27,948 nt of DNA from Candidatus Falkowbacteria bacterium (GCA_013335665.1 JAAXVE010000001.1:1-27948); one strand, 5' to 3'; numbered from the stretch's first letter, positions 1 through 8,392 are shown. Notes: generated by a model not told the origin, from the sequence alone. Program-made: numbers and translations.

Positions 1-320
1 AAAAACCAAGAAGTGATATTGTGCAGGCGCCATGGCTTGATCGGATTGAAAAATTTTATCTTGACCCCAAGCTTAGCCAGGCGGCCCGGCAAAGCAGAAT
101 TATAAAAGCTGTAACTGCCGGCAGCATCGCAGATCAACCTCACCTTCACGCCTTCTTTGGCCTTCTGCTCAAAGACATCAAAAAATTTTTTACCCACCAC
201 GTCATTGAGCAGTATGAATTGCTCGAAATCGATGGTTTTGGTGGCGAGGCGGCAATCGGCCAACATGGCTTCCCAGGCCGACTCCGAATCGTGATAGAAT
301 TGCCAGCTTTTTTCCGACAT
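1..320 (-). CDS. cls: Cardiolipin synthase / phospholipase D family protein, 5' part (runs off the left edge; absent from ORF track)
   Basis: Manual translation from ATG at 320: MSEKSWQFYHDSESAWEAMLADCRLATKTIDFEQFILLNDVVGKKFFDVFEQKAKEGVKVRLICDAAGSYSF...KFFNP. This matches the ClsB-type PLD N-terminus. The HKD motifs lie outside the window. Confidence 0.85.
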   Translation of the reverse strand, partial: MSEKSWQFYHDSESAWEAMLADCRLATKTIDFEQFILLNDVVGKKFFDVFEQKAKEGVKVRLICDAAGSYSFYNSALPGRLAKLGVKIKFFNPIKPWRLHNITSWF

Positions 321-410
321 GCTTTTTATTTTAATTTTATCGAAATGATTTGAAACCCTTCTAAGACCACCAATCCAAACCTAAATCGACCAAACTCTTC
401 GGCTTATTAC

Positions 411-439
411 AATATACACCATAAACGCACTCTTCTCAA
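411..439 (-). promoter_or_regulatory. Putative sigma70 promoter for cls
   Basis: TTGAGA-17 nt-TATATT on the minus strand upstream of the ATG at 320. Confidence 0.5.
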
Positions 440-483
440 GATTGAATGTTAGCCAAAATAATAAAAACACATCTGCAAGCGTC

Positions 484-1899
484 CTACTCCTGTTTTTTGG
501 CCGTCCCCTTGCCAACCTCGATGGCATACCAGTTTACTTTTCTGGAAACGAGCATTACCAAGGATAGCACGATAAAAAGACCGATACTGCCCATGAGCAA
601 AGCGTAATCCTGCAGCTGTATTATGGTAAAAATAAAGAGATAGATCAAAACCAGGATACCCCCGAGCATCGATGTCAATTTTGTGCTTTTAAAGATATTC
701 TTCACATAAAAAACTACCAAGGATATCGTAGCAAAGCTGGCGATCAAATAGGCCAAATTGAAGCCGAGGTGTTCGGAAATCGACAACAGCAACGTGAAGA
801 ATAGTAAAAGGGCGAAGCCGACCAGTAAATATTGTATCGGATGGATGCGGATTTCGTTGAAGACCTCAACGAAAAAGAAGATAATAAAAGACAAGACGAT
901 GAGCATGATGGCATATTTGACTGAGCGCATGTTCTTTTGATACTCGTCAACCGGGACGATCAACCTGACGCCGAATGTCGAACCGAGAATCGTGCTGTCA
1001 GAGTTACCGAGCCAATTCTGGCCGAAATTCCTATTCAGTTCTAATATTTTCCATTGAGCTTTAAAGCCATCTTTGTTTATTTCCCTTTCGGTAGGAATGA
1101 ACGCGCCGCCGAAGCTCGGGTTTTGCCAGCTGGAAGTCAAAGTCACATTAGTCTGTCCGCCGATCGGAACGAAATTCAGTTGCTCACCACCATTAATATT
1201 GATAGCAAAGGAATAATTATATGCCGCACTCGGAGTCGAGGTCGCATTGAGCGGAATCCTGACACTCGCTCCTGATTTAACCTCGTCGGGCGAAGAATAG
1301 CCATTACCTTGTTCACCGCCATCTGCTTGCTCTAGATTTTCGGTTTTCGTAATATTTGACTTGATATATGTCAAAAGCTGCGATCCTGAATTAGGCATGG
1401 CCTGATAATCTTTGCCGTTCCACTTAATTACTATATTTTCATTCAAGCCGCGCATATCCGGAAAACCGATCGAGAGATAGGCATCTTGCCAAATAATACT
1501 GCTAGCCGGAATGTTCAACTCCTGGAAGTTTGGCTGCAAGAACTTGCCCTCGAATTTCAAATCAGCTTTATAGGCTGTAACATTATAAATGCCACGATTA
1601 AGCATCTTGGGCTCAAGATTGCCGGCAATGTTCAGGTTTTCAGGCAAGAAATTTGCATATTTGACAGTCTCCACATTCTCCTCTTTAACCTTGTAAGGCA
1701 CGGTAAGAATCGGGCCGACCAACGTCTGCTTGTCACCCCATTTCGAAGTCACCTCCTTAACCGCCTCATCACGCCGGCTTTGCCTTTCCTGCACCAAACC
1801 CATGATAGACAAAGCCGGGATCATCAAAATAAATACCAAGAACCCGATAACAACCAATTTGATCATAATGACACTCTTGCTAGAATTACTCTCTGTCAT
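484..1899 (-). CDS. creD: Cell envelope integrity inner membrane protein CreD
   Basis: 471 aa; N-terminal TM followed by ERQSRRDEAVKEVTSKWG and GPILTVPY; large extracytoplasmic domain; C-terminal TM bundle with YQKNMRSVKYA, IHPIQYLLVG, LLLSISEH, LQDYALLMGS. Confidence 0.93.
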   Translation of the reverse strand: MTESNSSKSVIMIKLVVIGFLVFILMIPALSIMGLVQERQSRRDEAVKEVTSKWGDKQTLVGPILTVPYKVKEENVETVKYANFLPENLNIAGNLEPKMLNRGIYNVTAYKADLKFEGKFLQPNFQELNIPASSIIWQDAYLSIGFPDMRGLNENIVIKWNGKDYQAMPNSGSQLLTYIKSNITKTENLEQADGGEQGNGYSSPDEVKSGASVRIPLNATSTPSAAYNYSFAININGGEQLNFVPIGGQTNVTLTSSWQNPSFGGAFIPTEREINKDGFKAQWKILELNRNFGQNWLGNSDSTILGSTFGVRLIVPVDEYQKNMRSVKYAIMLIVLSFIIFFFVEVFNEIRIHPIQYLLVGFALLLFFTLLLSISEHLGFNLAYLIASFATISLVVFYVKNIFKSTKLTSMLGGILVLIYLFIFTIIQLQDYALLMGSIGLFIVLSLVMLVSRKVNWYAIEVGKGTAKKQE

Positions 1900-1923
1900 A
1901 AATTTAAAATTAATTAATCGATA

Positions 1924-1937
1924 TAGTAAGCTTACTA
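1924..1937. promoter_or_regulatory. Perfect 14-bp palindrome TAGTAAGCTTACTA, operator-like, upstream of creD
   Basis: Palindrome read directly. It abuts a minus-strand TTGCTT-17-TATTTT (TGc-extended) promoter candidate at 1937-1965. Confidence 0.45.
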
Positions 1938-1977
1938 AAATAGCACTTTCTCTAATCTAAAGCAACACATCATGGCT

Positions 1978-2012
1978 CCGTCACAGTCTCGGCAGCAGCC
2001 GGACTGTGACGG
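1978..2012. repeat. CGTC-type palindromic repeat, copy 1
   Basis: ccgtcacagtc-t-cggc-agca-gccg-gactgtgacgg: 11-bp stem, bulged T, 4-bp stem, 4-nt loop. Confidence 0.85.
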
Positions 2013-2041
2013 GATGAAACGTCTTCTCAATCAAAAACAAT

Positions 2042-2782
2042 TCACCTAAAACCTAGATGCCTTTTAATCATATCAACAGTTATATCATTAGGCATATGTA
2101 TTATTTGCAATTCGTTCTTTTCATTGATCGCGAATTCAACAACCCAATCGGGAATAAACGACTTGGAAACGTGAAAAAAATAATTAATACCTCCGATCAA
2201 AAATGAATAACCTTTACCAAATTGATTTTGAGCTTTTACTGGTGAACAAATCAAGTCGATTGGTATTTTTTCCTTTTGTTTCGCGTAAGAGAGCATAACA
2301 CACGGAAAATCAAGTTGTGCACCCGGATCACCCTCAAGTATCATCTGCCTAACAATCTCCTGATACTTTCCCAGTGAAACCTCCTTAAAAAAATCGAGGT
2401 TTGAAATGCTTGATCTCCACAAAATTGAAAGCAAAAACAATTTAAACCTATTATAATCAACACCTTTGCAGTAAATATATTCTATACCATGCTGATTTTT
2501 TCTAGATTGAAATTGAACATCACTCTCACTTTTATACAATCGCCCTCCATATATTATTCTACGTGCGTAATCTTCGAATTTTCCTATTCTTTTTTCACAA
2601 TCAGAACAAAGGATATTAGCTTCATGTTCACCGTTTGGCTTTGTCGTGGGATTATCAATGTCACCATCTTTTACCTTTAAGAGAAAATGTTTTTCATCAA
2701 ACAAGCCACGGTACATGAAATTAGGAATTATATGTGACCGTTTTATGAGTATTTTTTCCTGCAAACACAGCTTGCATTTCAT
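2042..2782 (-). CDS. HNH-like zinc-finger endonuclease family protein
   Basis: 246 aa; N-terminal CKLC, SHIIP and LCSDCE motifs typical of Zn-bound HNH nucleases; DNA visibly AT-richer than its neighbours. Confidence 0.65.
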   Translation of the reverse strand: MKCKLCLQEKILIKRSHIIPNFMYRGLFDEKHFLLKVKDGDIDNPTTKPNGEHEANILCSDCEKRIGKFEDYARRIIYGGRLYKSESDVQFQSRKNQHGIEYIYCKGVDYNRFKLFLLSILWRSSISNLDFFKEVSLGKYQEIVRQMILEGDPGAQLDFPCVMLSYAKQKEKIPIDLICSPVKAQNQFGKGYSFLIGGINYFFHVSKSFIPDWVVEFAINEKNELQIIHMPNDITVDMIKRHLGFR

Positions 2783-2812
2783 GTTGATAATTTTCGACTA
2801 CTTAATTATTTG

Positions 2813-2853
2813 GCCCCGTCATAGTCTCGGCATCAGCCGGACTGTGACGGGGC
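2813..2853. repeat. CGTC-type palindromic repeat, copy 2 (same orientation as copy 1)
   Basis: gccccgtcatagtc-t-cggc-atca-gccg-gactgtgacggggc: 14-bp stem with one T.G pair and the same bulge and loop geometry as copy 1. Confidence 0.85.
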
Positions 2854-2952
2854 GAAAATTTGTTAACCAATCAAATCAATAATAATCAACTTGATCGTGA
2901 TGATATTCTTAGTGAATTTGTTCTCAGCCATTAACCTGCAAGCCAAACAATC

Positions 2953-2987
2953 AAAAAAAAACCAACTCGATCCTAGCTGGTTTTTTT
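2953..2987. terminator. Possible intrinsic terminator downstream of yjjX
   Basis: A-tract, accaact/agctggt imperfect stem, T-tract. Confidence 0.45.
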
Positions 2988-3029
2988 ATTATTACAATTC
3001 TTCATAACCTTATTTTGAAATGATTATAA

Positions 3030-3578
3030 CTAGAAATCTATTTCGTGTTCCTCCAAGTGGATCATGGCAGTGAGCAGGGCTTGTTTGGTATAGCCTTTGC
3101 GGGTGAGGCGGCCTTTGGTCAGGATGCCGATTGCGCCTTCGGCTGCGCCTATGGTAGGGTTGTTGGTCATACCTGCCTTGTTGACGGCTTGAGTCATGTC
3201 TAAACCTTCGTTAACTATCAAGTCGGTGATGCGCTTATCCGGAAACTCCCAGGCCGAGGACATGCCTAGGAAATATTCCTCACCATCATAAATCGCACAG
3301 ATACAGACATCCATATAGCCGGTCTTGCTCTTTGGCACGGGAAAGAGGCCGGATTCCAAGCCGATGCTAAAATGGCATTCGCAAAAGGCGTTCTTGGCTC
3401 GGTTCATAGCACCGTTGATCGTCTCCTCGATTGTCATTGGCTGATCGCTCACGCCCGATTCCGCCTTAACGCCAACCACTTCGAAGCCGGCCAGGAGCGG
3501 ATACTCGCGCACCATCTCTTCGACCGCTTCTATCTTCGCCTTATTAGTTGTGCCAACTTTGATTGTCTTCACTTTCAT
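3030..3578 (-). CDS. yjjX: Inosine/xanthosine triphosphatase (non-canonical purine NTP phosphatase)
   Basis: 182 aa; VGTTNKAKIEAV, SGVSDQPM...ETINGAMNRA, IGLESG, GAIGILT motifs of the NTPase_I-T family. Confidence 0.9.
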   Translation of the reverse strand: MKVKTIKVGTTNKAKIEAVEEMVREYPLLAGFEVVGVKAESGVSDQPMTIEETINGAMNRAKNAFCECHFSIGLESGLFPVPKSKTGYMDVCICAIYDGEEYFLGMSSAWEFPDKRITDLIVNEGLDMTQAVNKAGMTNNPTIGAAEGAIGILTKGRLTRKGYTKQALLTAMIHLEEHEIDF

Positions 3579-3646
3579 ATCTAAAAAAGATTCTTTGAAT
3601 TAATTTATGAATAAGCAACTTATTATATTCCGCACTGTATTCATCA

Positions 3647-3686
3647 TGGTTTCCCTTCCCCTCGCTATCGCTCGGCCGGGAATGAC
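3647..3686. repeat. Degenerate half of a GTCATTC...GAATGAC-type palindromic repeat
   Basis: tggtttccc...gggaatgac end, with the same GAATGAC-like terminus as the element at 15993-16067. Confidence 0.4.
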
Positions 3687-3704
3687 AAATTAATACCGAA
3701 ATAA

Positions 3705-4091
3705 TTAATCGCTTAATATTTCTGGAATTCGCACTCGCGGGATCTTTCTAACATGAACTTTTTCTATGCCGTTAATTTTAGCTTTCATTAACCGGTGCAG
3801 ACCGTCCAAAATTAGCCACCTGCCTTTGTTTTCCATGATATCAATCGGATATTTGATATCCGCAGTCAATGTCCTCTCATATTCTACTGTGTGGGCTTCG
3901 GGGTGATTGATTACTTCAATCGGCTTAAGGTCATACTTCCCTTTCTCCCAGAGAAAAGGAATATCAAAATGCCATTCCAACTCCGATATAGCCATCTCAC
4001 TGACAGGCTCATTCAAAAGCCAAACCTTCTTTTCGTCCCACGAAAAATCAAACCCAACTTCTTTAATGATTTGCGGATATTCTTCGTGCAT
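3705..4091 (-). CDS. Stand-alone ParB/sulfiredoxin-like domain protein
   Basis: 128 aa; YPIDIM...WLILDGLHRLMKA...VHVRKI matches the ParB/Srx DG-x-HR core. Confidence 0.65.
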   Translation of the reverse strand: MHEEYPQIIKEVGFDFSWDEKKVWLLNEPVSEMAISELEWHFDIPFLWEKGKYDLKPIEVINHPEAHTVEYERTLTADIKYPIDIMENKGRWLILDGLHRLMKAKINGIEKVHVRKIPRVRIPEILSD

Positions 4092-4118
4092 ACTATTTCA
4101 CTTAACCTTGTTAACACT

Positions 4119-4307
4119 TTATTGCAAAGCAGACTTCTTTAACGCCTTAACTTCATCCTCCTTTTCGTAAACCTCGCCCTTAGCCAGCTTGTACAGTAAT
4201 GGGATTACGCCACAACGCTCACACTCTCCCCAATTGCACTTGCCACCGTTCTTTGACGAGAGTTCACGGCACATTGAGATCTCTTTCAAGAAAGTGTCTT
4301 GCTCCAT
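4119..4307 (-). CDS. Small Cys-rich hypothetical protein (62 aa, C-x10-C-x4-C-x2-C)
   Basis: ATG at 4307 lies 1 nt after the secA TAA; MEQDTFLKEISMCRELSSKNGGKCNWGECERCGVIPLLYKL... The ORF-track start at 4406 overlaps secA and is unlikely. Confidence 0.7.
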   Translation of the reverse strand: MEQDTFLKEISMCRELSSKNGGKCNWGECERCGVIPLLYKLAKGEVYEKEDEVKALKKSALQ

Positions 4308-4308
4308 A

Positions 4309-7077
4309 TTATTTGCCGTGACACTTCTTGTACTTGAGCCCAGATCCGCACCAGCACGGGTCGTTGCGGCCGATAGTCTGCCCGTCCGGAGTCTTGTCTT
4401 TGGCATTGGCGCTTAAAACGATCGTCTGCCCCTCGCCCTCCTTGATCGGCGCGCTGTACTGGTTAGCTCGTTCAGCCAACGATTTTCCGGCGATCGGCTG
4501 GTGCACTTGGCCCATTTTGTAGATATTGTAAACGACCTGCTTCTGGATCAGATTATTCAGTTCGTTATATAACTGATAGGATTCTTTCTTGTATTCGATC
4601 AGCGGATCGCGCTGGCCGTAACCGCGCAAGCCGATGCCTTGGCGCAAAGACGACATGGCCTCAAGGTGCTCGATCCACAACGTATCGATTGAGCGCAAAA
4701 GGATTTCCTTTTCGACGACCGGCCAATTCACACCGACGGATTTGGCCTGCGTTGTCAATTCTGAATATGTTTCTTTTGAAAGTTTTACCAGATGTTCAAC
4801 GATAGCATGTCGCGCCTTGACGCGATCAAGCTTGCCGCCCTCGACCGCAATCTTGGACAGCTCGGCCGGTAGTTCCTGCTTGATCGGGAAAATCGTCGCT
4901 ACAACCTGCTCAATCTCTTTCAAATTCCACTCGTCAACCAGCTCGGCAGCCGTGTGAAAGCTGACCACCTGTTCGATCTCATTCTCAACCATCTCCAGCA
5001 CAGTCTTGGTCAGCGGTGAATCTACTACCGTCTCGTGCGATTCCAGGACGATGTTGCCGGTCGGAACTGATTCCAAGACTTCGCGGCGACGGCGATAAAT
5101 CGCCTCGCGATGCTTATTGATAACATCATCGTACTCGACCAAATGTTTACGCAGGTCAAAATTATTGCCTTCAACTTTCTTCTGAGCTGACTCGATAGAA
5201 CGCGAAATCAGCTTGTTCTCAATCGGCATGTCTTCAGGCAGCTTCAAAGTCGTCATTAAGCTCTTCATGCGGTCGCCACCGAAGATACGCATCAAGTCAT
5301 CTTCTGTCGAAACATAAAACTGCGATGATCCAGGATCGCCTTGGCGTCCGGCACGGCCACGCAACTGATTGTCGATACGACGTGCTTCATGACGCTCGGT
5401 ACCGATCACGTGCAACCCGCCCAGTTCGACAACTTTCTTGTGCTCCGCCTCCCATTCGGCATAAGACGGGTCGTTCTTGGCTGGTGGTACGCCACCGAGC
5501 ATGATGTCGACACCACGTCCGGCCATATTGGTAGCCAAAGTAATCGAGCCAGCCTTACCGGCCTGTGCGATGATTTCCGCTTCCTTCTGATGATTCTTGG
5601 CGTTAAGGACCTGCGGGCGCAAACCTTCGCGTTCCATCATCAGGGTTAAATACTCATTCTTATCAATCGAGATTGTGCCGATCAAGACAGGTTGTCCGGC
5701 TGCATTGCGCTGCTTAACCTCCTCGATCACAGCCTTATATTTCCCTTCTTCGGTGCGATAAATCAGATCATTCATATCCTTACGAATGGTCGGCTTATTG
5801 GTCGGGATCTGAGTGGTTTCTAATTTGTAAATCTTATGAAACTCTTCCGCCTCGGTCAAAGCCGTACCGGTCATACCTGCAAGCTTCTTGTACATGCGGA
5901 AATAATTTTGAAAAGTGACAGTGGCCAAAGTCTGGCTTTCGCGCTGGACTTCAACACCTTCCTTAGCTTCGATGGCCTGATGCAAGCCTTCACTATAGCG
6001 GCGGCCCTGCATCAAACGCCCAGTAAATTCATCAACGATAATTACCTCACCCTCACGGACGACATAATCACGGTCCAACAAAAACAACTCTCTTGCCTTA
6101 AGCGCTTGCTCAATATGATGGACGTCGCTGACACCGCCGGCAGTGTAGATATTCTCAACACCCAAAGCCTTTTCCAGCTTGGCGATACCAGACTCACTGA
6201 TCGAAACGGCGCGCATCTTTTCATCAACGTTATAGTCCTCGTCTTTGACCAGTCGCCCGACCAGCTGTGAGAACTTAGCATACTTGTCGGTTGATTCTTC
6301 GGCCGGAGCAGAAATGATCAGCGGGGTCCTAGCTTCATCGATCAAGATCGAGTCAACCTCGTCGACGATAGCGTAAAAATGAGGACGTTGCACCATCTGC
6401 TCGACCCGGTTTACCATGTTATCGCGCAAATAATCGAAACCGAATTCGTTATTAGTACCGTAAACTATATCGCAAGCATAGGCCTCACGGCGTCCGATCG
6501 GGCGAAAATTGCGCAAACGCGGATCGAATTGCGATTCATCTATATATTCAGGATCATAAACCAATGCTTTTTCATGAATAATAACACCAGTTGACAAGCC
6601 CAATGCGTAATACACAGGGGCCATCCAACCAGCGCCGACGCGCGAGAGGTAATCGTTAACTGTAACCAACTGCACGCCCCAACCAGTTAAAGCATTCAAA
6701 TACAATGGCAAAGTCGCGACCAAAGTCTTGCCTTCACCAGTCTTCATCTCAGCGATCTGTCCATTATGCAAAACAAGGCCGCCCATCATCTGGACGTCGT
6801 AATGGCGCTGGCCAATAACTCGCTTGGCAGCCTCGCGCATTGCAGCGAAAGCCTCAGGCAGAATATTATCCAAAGCATTTAATACTTTTTCATCACCAAA
6901 CTGAGTTTTTTCATCAACTCCTATCTCTTTCTTGAAATTCGCCGAAACGGACTTTAACTCCTCATCAGAAAGAGCAGCATATTTCGCTTCAAGCGAATTA
7001 ATCTTTTCGATTAGCGGTTCCAAGGTCTTTATGTACCGAGCATTGGGATCTCCCCATAGTTTTGCCAACAAATTCAT
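4309..7077 (-). CDS. secA: Preprotein translocase ATPase SecA
   Basis: 922 aa; EMKTGEGKT, IVDEVDSILIDEARTPLIISA, ATNMAGRGVDI, DNQLRGRAGRQGDPG and C-terminal SEC-C GRNDPCWCGSGLKYKKCHG. Confidence 0.99.
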   Translation of the reverse strand: MNLLAKLWGDPNARYIKTLEPLIEKINSLEAKYAALSDEELKSVSANFKKEIGVDEKTQFGDEKVLNALDNILPEAFAAMREAAKRVIGQRHYDVQMMGGLVLHNGQIAEMKTGEGKTLVATLPLYLNALTGWGVQLVTVNDYLSRVGAGWMAPVYYALGLSTGVIIHEKALVYDPEYIDESQFDPRLRNFRPIGRREAYACDIVYGTNNEFGFDYLRDNMVNRVEQMVQRPHFYAIVDEVDSILIDEARTPLIISAPAEESTDKYAKFSQLVGRLVKDEDYNVDEKMRAVSISESGIAKLEKALGVENIYTAGGVSDVHHIEQALKARELFLLDRDYVVREGEVIIVDEFTGRLMQGRRYSEGLHQAIEAKEGVEVQRESQTLATVTFQNYFRMYKKLAGMTGTALTEAEEFHKIYKLETTQIPTNKPTIRKDMNDLIYRTEEGKYKAVIEEVKQRNAAGQPVLIGTISIDKNEYLTLMMEREGLRPQVLNAKNHQKEAEIIAQAGKAGSITLATNMAGRGVDIMLGGVPPAKNDPSYAEWEAEHKKVVELGGLHVIGTERHEARRIDNQLRGRAGRQGDPGSSQFYVSTEDDLMRIFGGDRMKSLMTTLKLPEDMPIENKLISRSIESAQKKVEGNNFDLRKHLVEYDDVINKHREAIYRRRREVLESVPTGNIVLESHETVVDSPLTKTVLEMVENEIEQVVSFHTAAELVDEWNLKEIEQVVATIFPIKQELPAELSKIAVEGGKLDRVKARHAIVEHLVKLSKETYSELTTQAKSVGVNWPVVEKEILLRSIDTLWIEHLEAMSSLRQGIGLRGYGQRDPLIEYKKESYQLYNELNNLIQKQVVYNIYKMGQVHQPIAGKSLAERANQYSAPIKEGEGQTIVLSANAKDKTPDGQTIGRNDPCWCGSGLKYKKCHGK

Positions 7078-7098
7078 ATATTTTTCTCTAAATGAAAC

Positions 7099-7213
7099 AA
7101 AAAAAGCACAAAACTCAAAACTAGGATATTGAGGTTATATGATAAAATTTACCTAAAATTAAATAAAATTTATCGTAATTCGACCCCCTTATTTTGAATC
7201 TTGAGCCTTTTTT
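7099..7213 (-). repeat. Heptamer-based long inverted repeat in the secA leader
   Basis: Arms 7099-7121 and 7191-7213 form a 23-position stem on the minus strand (18 Watson-Crick pairs, 4 G.U, 1 U-U); inner AT hairpin gataaa/tttatc. Confidence 0.65.
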
Positions 7214-7249
7214 GCAGCCAGCACCGAAAGTTCCGTTAATTACCCATCT

Positions 7250-7278
7250 AGTATACTAAGAAAATGGCTAAAAATCAA
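7250..7278 (-). promoter_or_regulatory. Putative sigma70 promoter for secA
   Basis: TTGATT-17 nt-TATACT on the minus strand. Confidence 0.6.
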
Positions 7279-7280
7279 TA

Positions 7281-8063
7281 TTATTCCTGATTGATGAAAT
7301 CATGAATCTTTTCCAACATAATCATCTTCCCCTCGTCGTCCAAAAGATTCAAATCGTGATTATCTATCGGCACGCGCATAACCCGGAGTTGCCTGTCTGG
7401 CAGGAGTTTAGAAACGAGATTAATCGCACGCTTATTGTTCAACATATCACTTTTATCGGCCTGTAAAAGAAAAAAAGGCTTTTTCAGTTTCTTTAAGTCG
7501 CGATAACTGTGTTGTCGGATGAATTTGCGAATCTGGCCGGCAGGACGTACCGGAATGAAGGCAAAAGCACCTTGACGTGGCACGCTGTTCTTGCGGTAAA
7601 GCGGCCCGCCTTTGCTTATGTACTCACGGCCAAGAAGCTGCAGGATGGGCTGAATCGTATTAAGCAGCAGCCAGATTTTCAAATTAAAAAATAACGGCAT
7701 TTCCAGAGCGACTAATGCTTTAACCTTGCTGTCCTCCTCTGAAGCTAGGTGCAGCGCAAGACTTCCTCCAAATGAGGTGCCAATCATGTAGACTTCTTGC
7801 GATTCCTCGGACAAAATTTCTAGAGAAGATCGGGCAGCCGACAACCAGTCGTTAGGACCATATTCCTTAAGGTCTTCGATATTACCTGAATGACCAGGCA
7901 TAACCGGGCGAAAAACCGTATAGCCTTTCCGTACAAAATAGTTGAAAAGAGTGTCAGTCTGCTCGATATTCGCCGCAAAGCCGTGCAATATCAGCACGGC
8001 TTTGCTACTCCCTCCCTTAAAATATAATTTGGGGTCTGTCTTCTGTATTTTTACCTGATTCAT
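7281..8063 (-). CDS. Alpha/beta hydrolase (carboxylesterase/lipase family)
   Basis: LILHGF oxyanion segment, GTSFGG nucleophile elbow, candidate Asp and His near the C-terminus (DNHDL). Start is the ATG at 8063 or the GTG at 8069. Confidence 0.85.
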   Translation of the reverse strand: MNQVKIQKTDPKLYFKGGSSKAVLILHGFAANIEQTDTLFNYFVRKGYTVFRPVMPGHSGNIEDLKEYGPNDWLSAARSSLEILSEESQEVYMIGTSFGGSLALHLASEEDSKVKALVALEMPLFFNLKIWLLLNTIQPILQLLGREYISKGGPLYRKNSVPRQGAFAFIPVRPAGQIRKFIRQHSYRDLKKLKKPFFLLQADKSDMLNNKRAINLVSKLLPDRQLRVMRVPIDNHDLNLLDDEGKMIMLEKIHDFINQE

Positions 8064-8068
8064 AATCA

Positions 8069-8392
8069 CTAGCTTTTGCGGCGGCGTTCGATAACTTTTT
8101 CGTGATGCTTAACGATTGAACGGGCAAGCTGGTCTTTTACCTTATCGATGGATTTGAATAAATCGGCCTCGTGCTTCTCAATAACCAACAAAACGCGCGG
8201 TAGTTCCATCACGACCTCAGTGCGGTATATTTCGCCCGACTTCTGTCCTCCAACAACTAAACCGATCTGCACATTACAGTCTATTACTTGGAGTTTGCCC
8301 AGATACTTGTCCAGCATCTGCATTTTCTTGTCGACATAAGCCTTGATTTCCGGTGTTAACTTGATTTTACTGGCTTTAAGATCATACTTCAT
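8069..8392 (-). CDS. raiA: Ribosome-associated translation inhibitor / hibernation promoting factor (short form)
   Basis: 107 aa; KLTPEIKAYVDKKM...DLFKSIDKVKDQLARSIVKHHEK, the S30Ae/HPF pattern; lies near secA. Confidence 0.88.
   Translation of the reverse strand: MKYDLKASKIKLTPEIKAYVDKKMQMLDKYLGKLQVIDCNVQIGLVVGGQKSGEIYRTEVVMELPRVLLVIEKHEADLFKSIDKVKDQLARSIVKHHEKVIERRRKS

Noticed and set aside
21-353. 110-aa plus-strand ORF from the track
   Set aside because: Shadow of the minus-strand cls frame, which has recognisable family motifs
1978-2853. Integron attC sites or CRISPR repeats
   Set aside because: No RYYYAAC/GTTRRRY core boxes bound the hairpins and no integrase is present; only two copies about 800 bp apart, so not a CRISPR array
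2863-2931. 22-aa minus-strand ORF MAENKFTKNIITIKLIIIDLIG
   Set aside because: Too short, with no motif or supporting signal
4308-4406. N-terminal extension of the Cys-rich ORF in the track
   Set aside because: Overlaps the secA 3' end; the ATG at 4307 is a much better start
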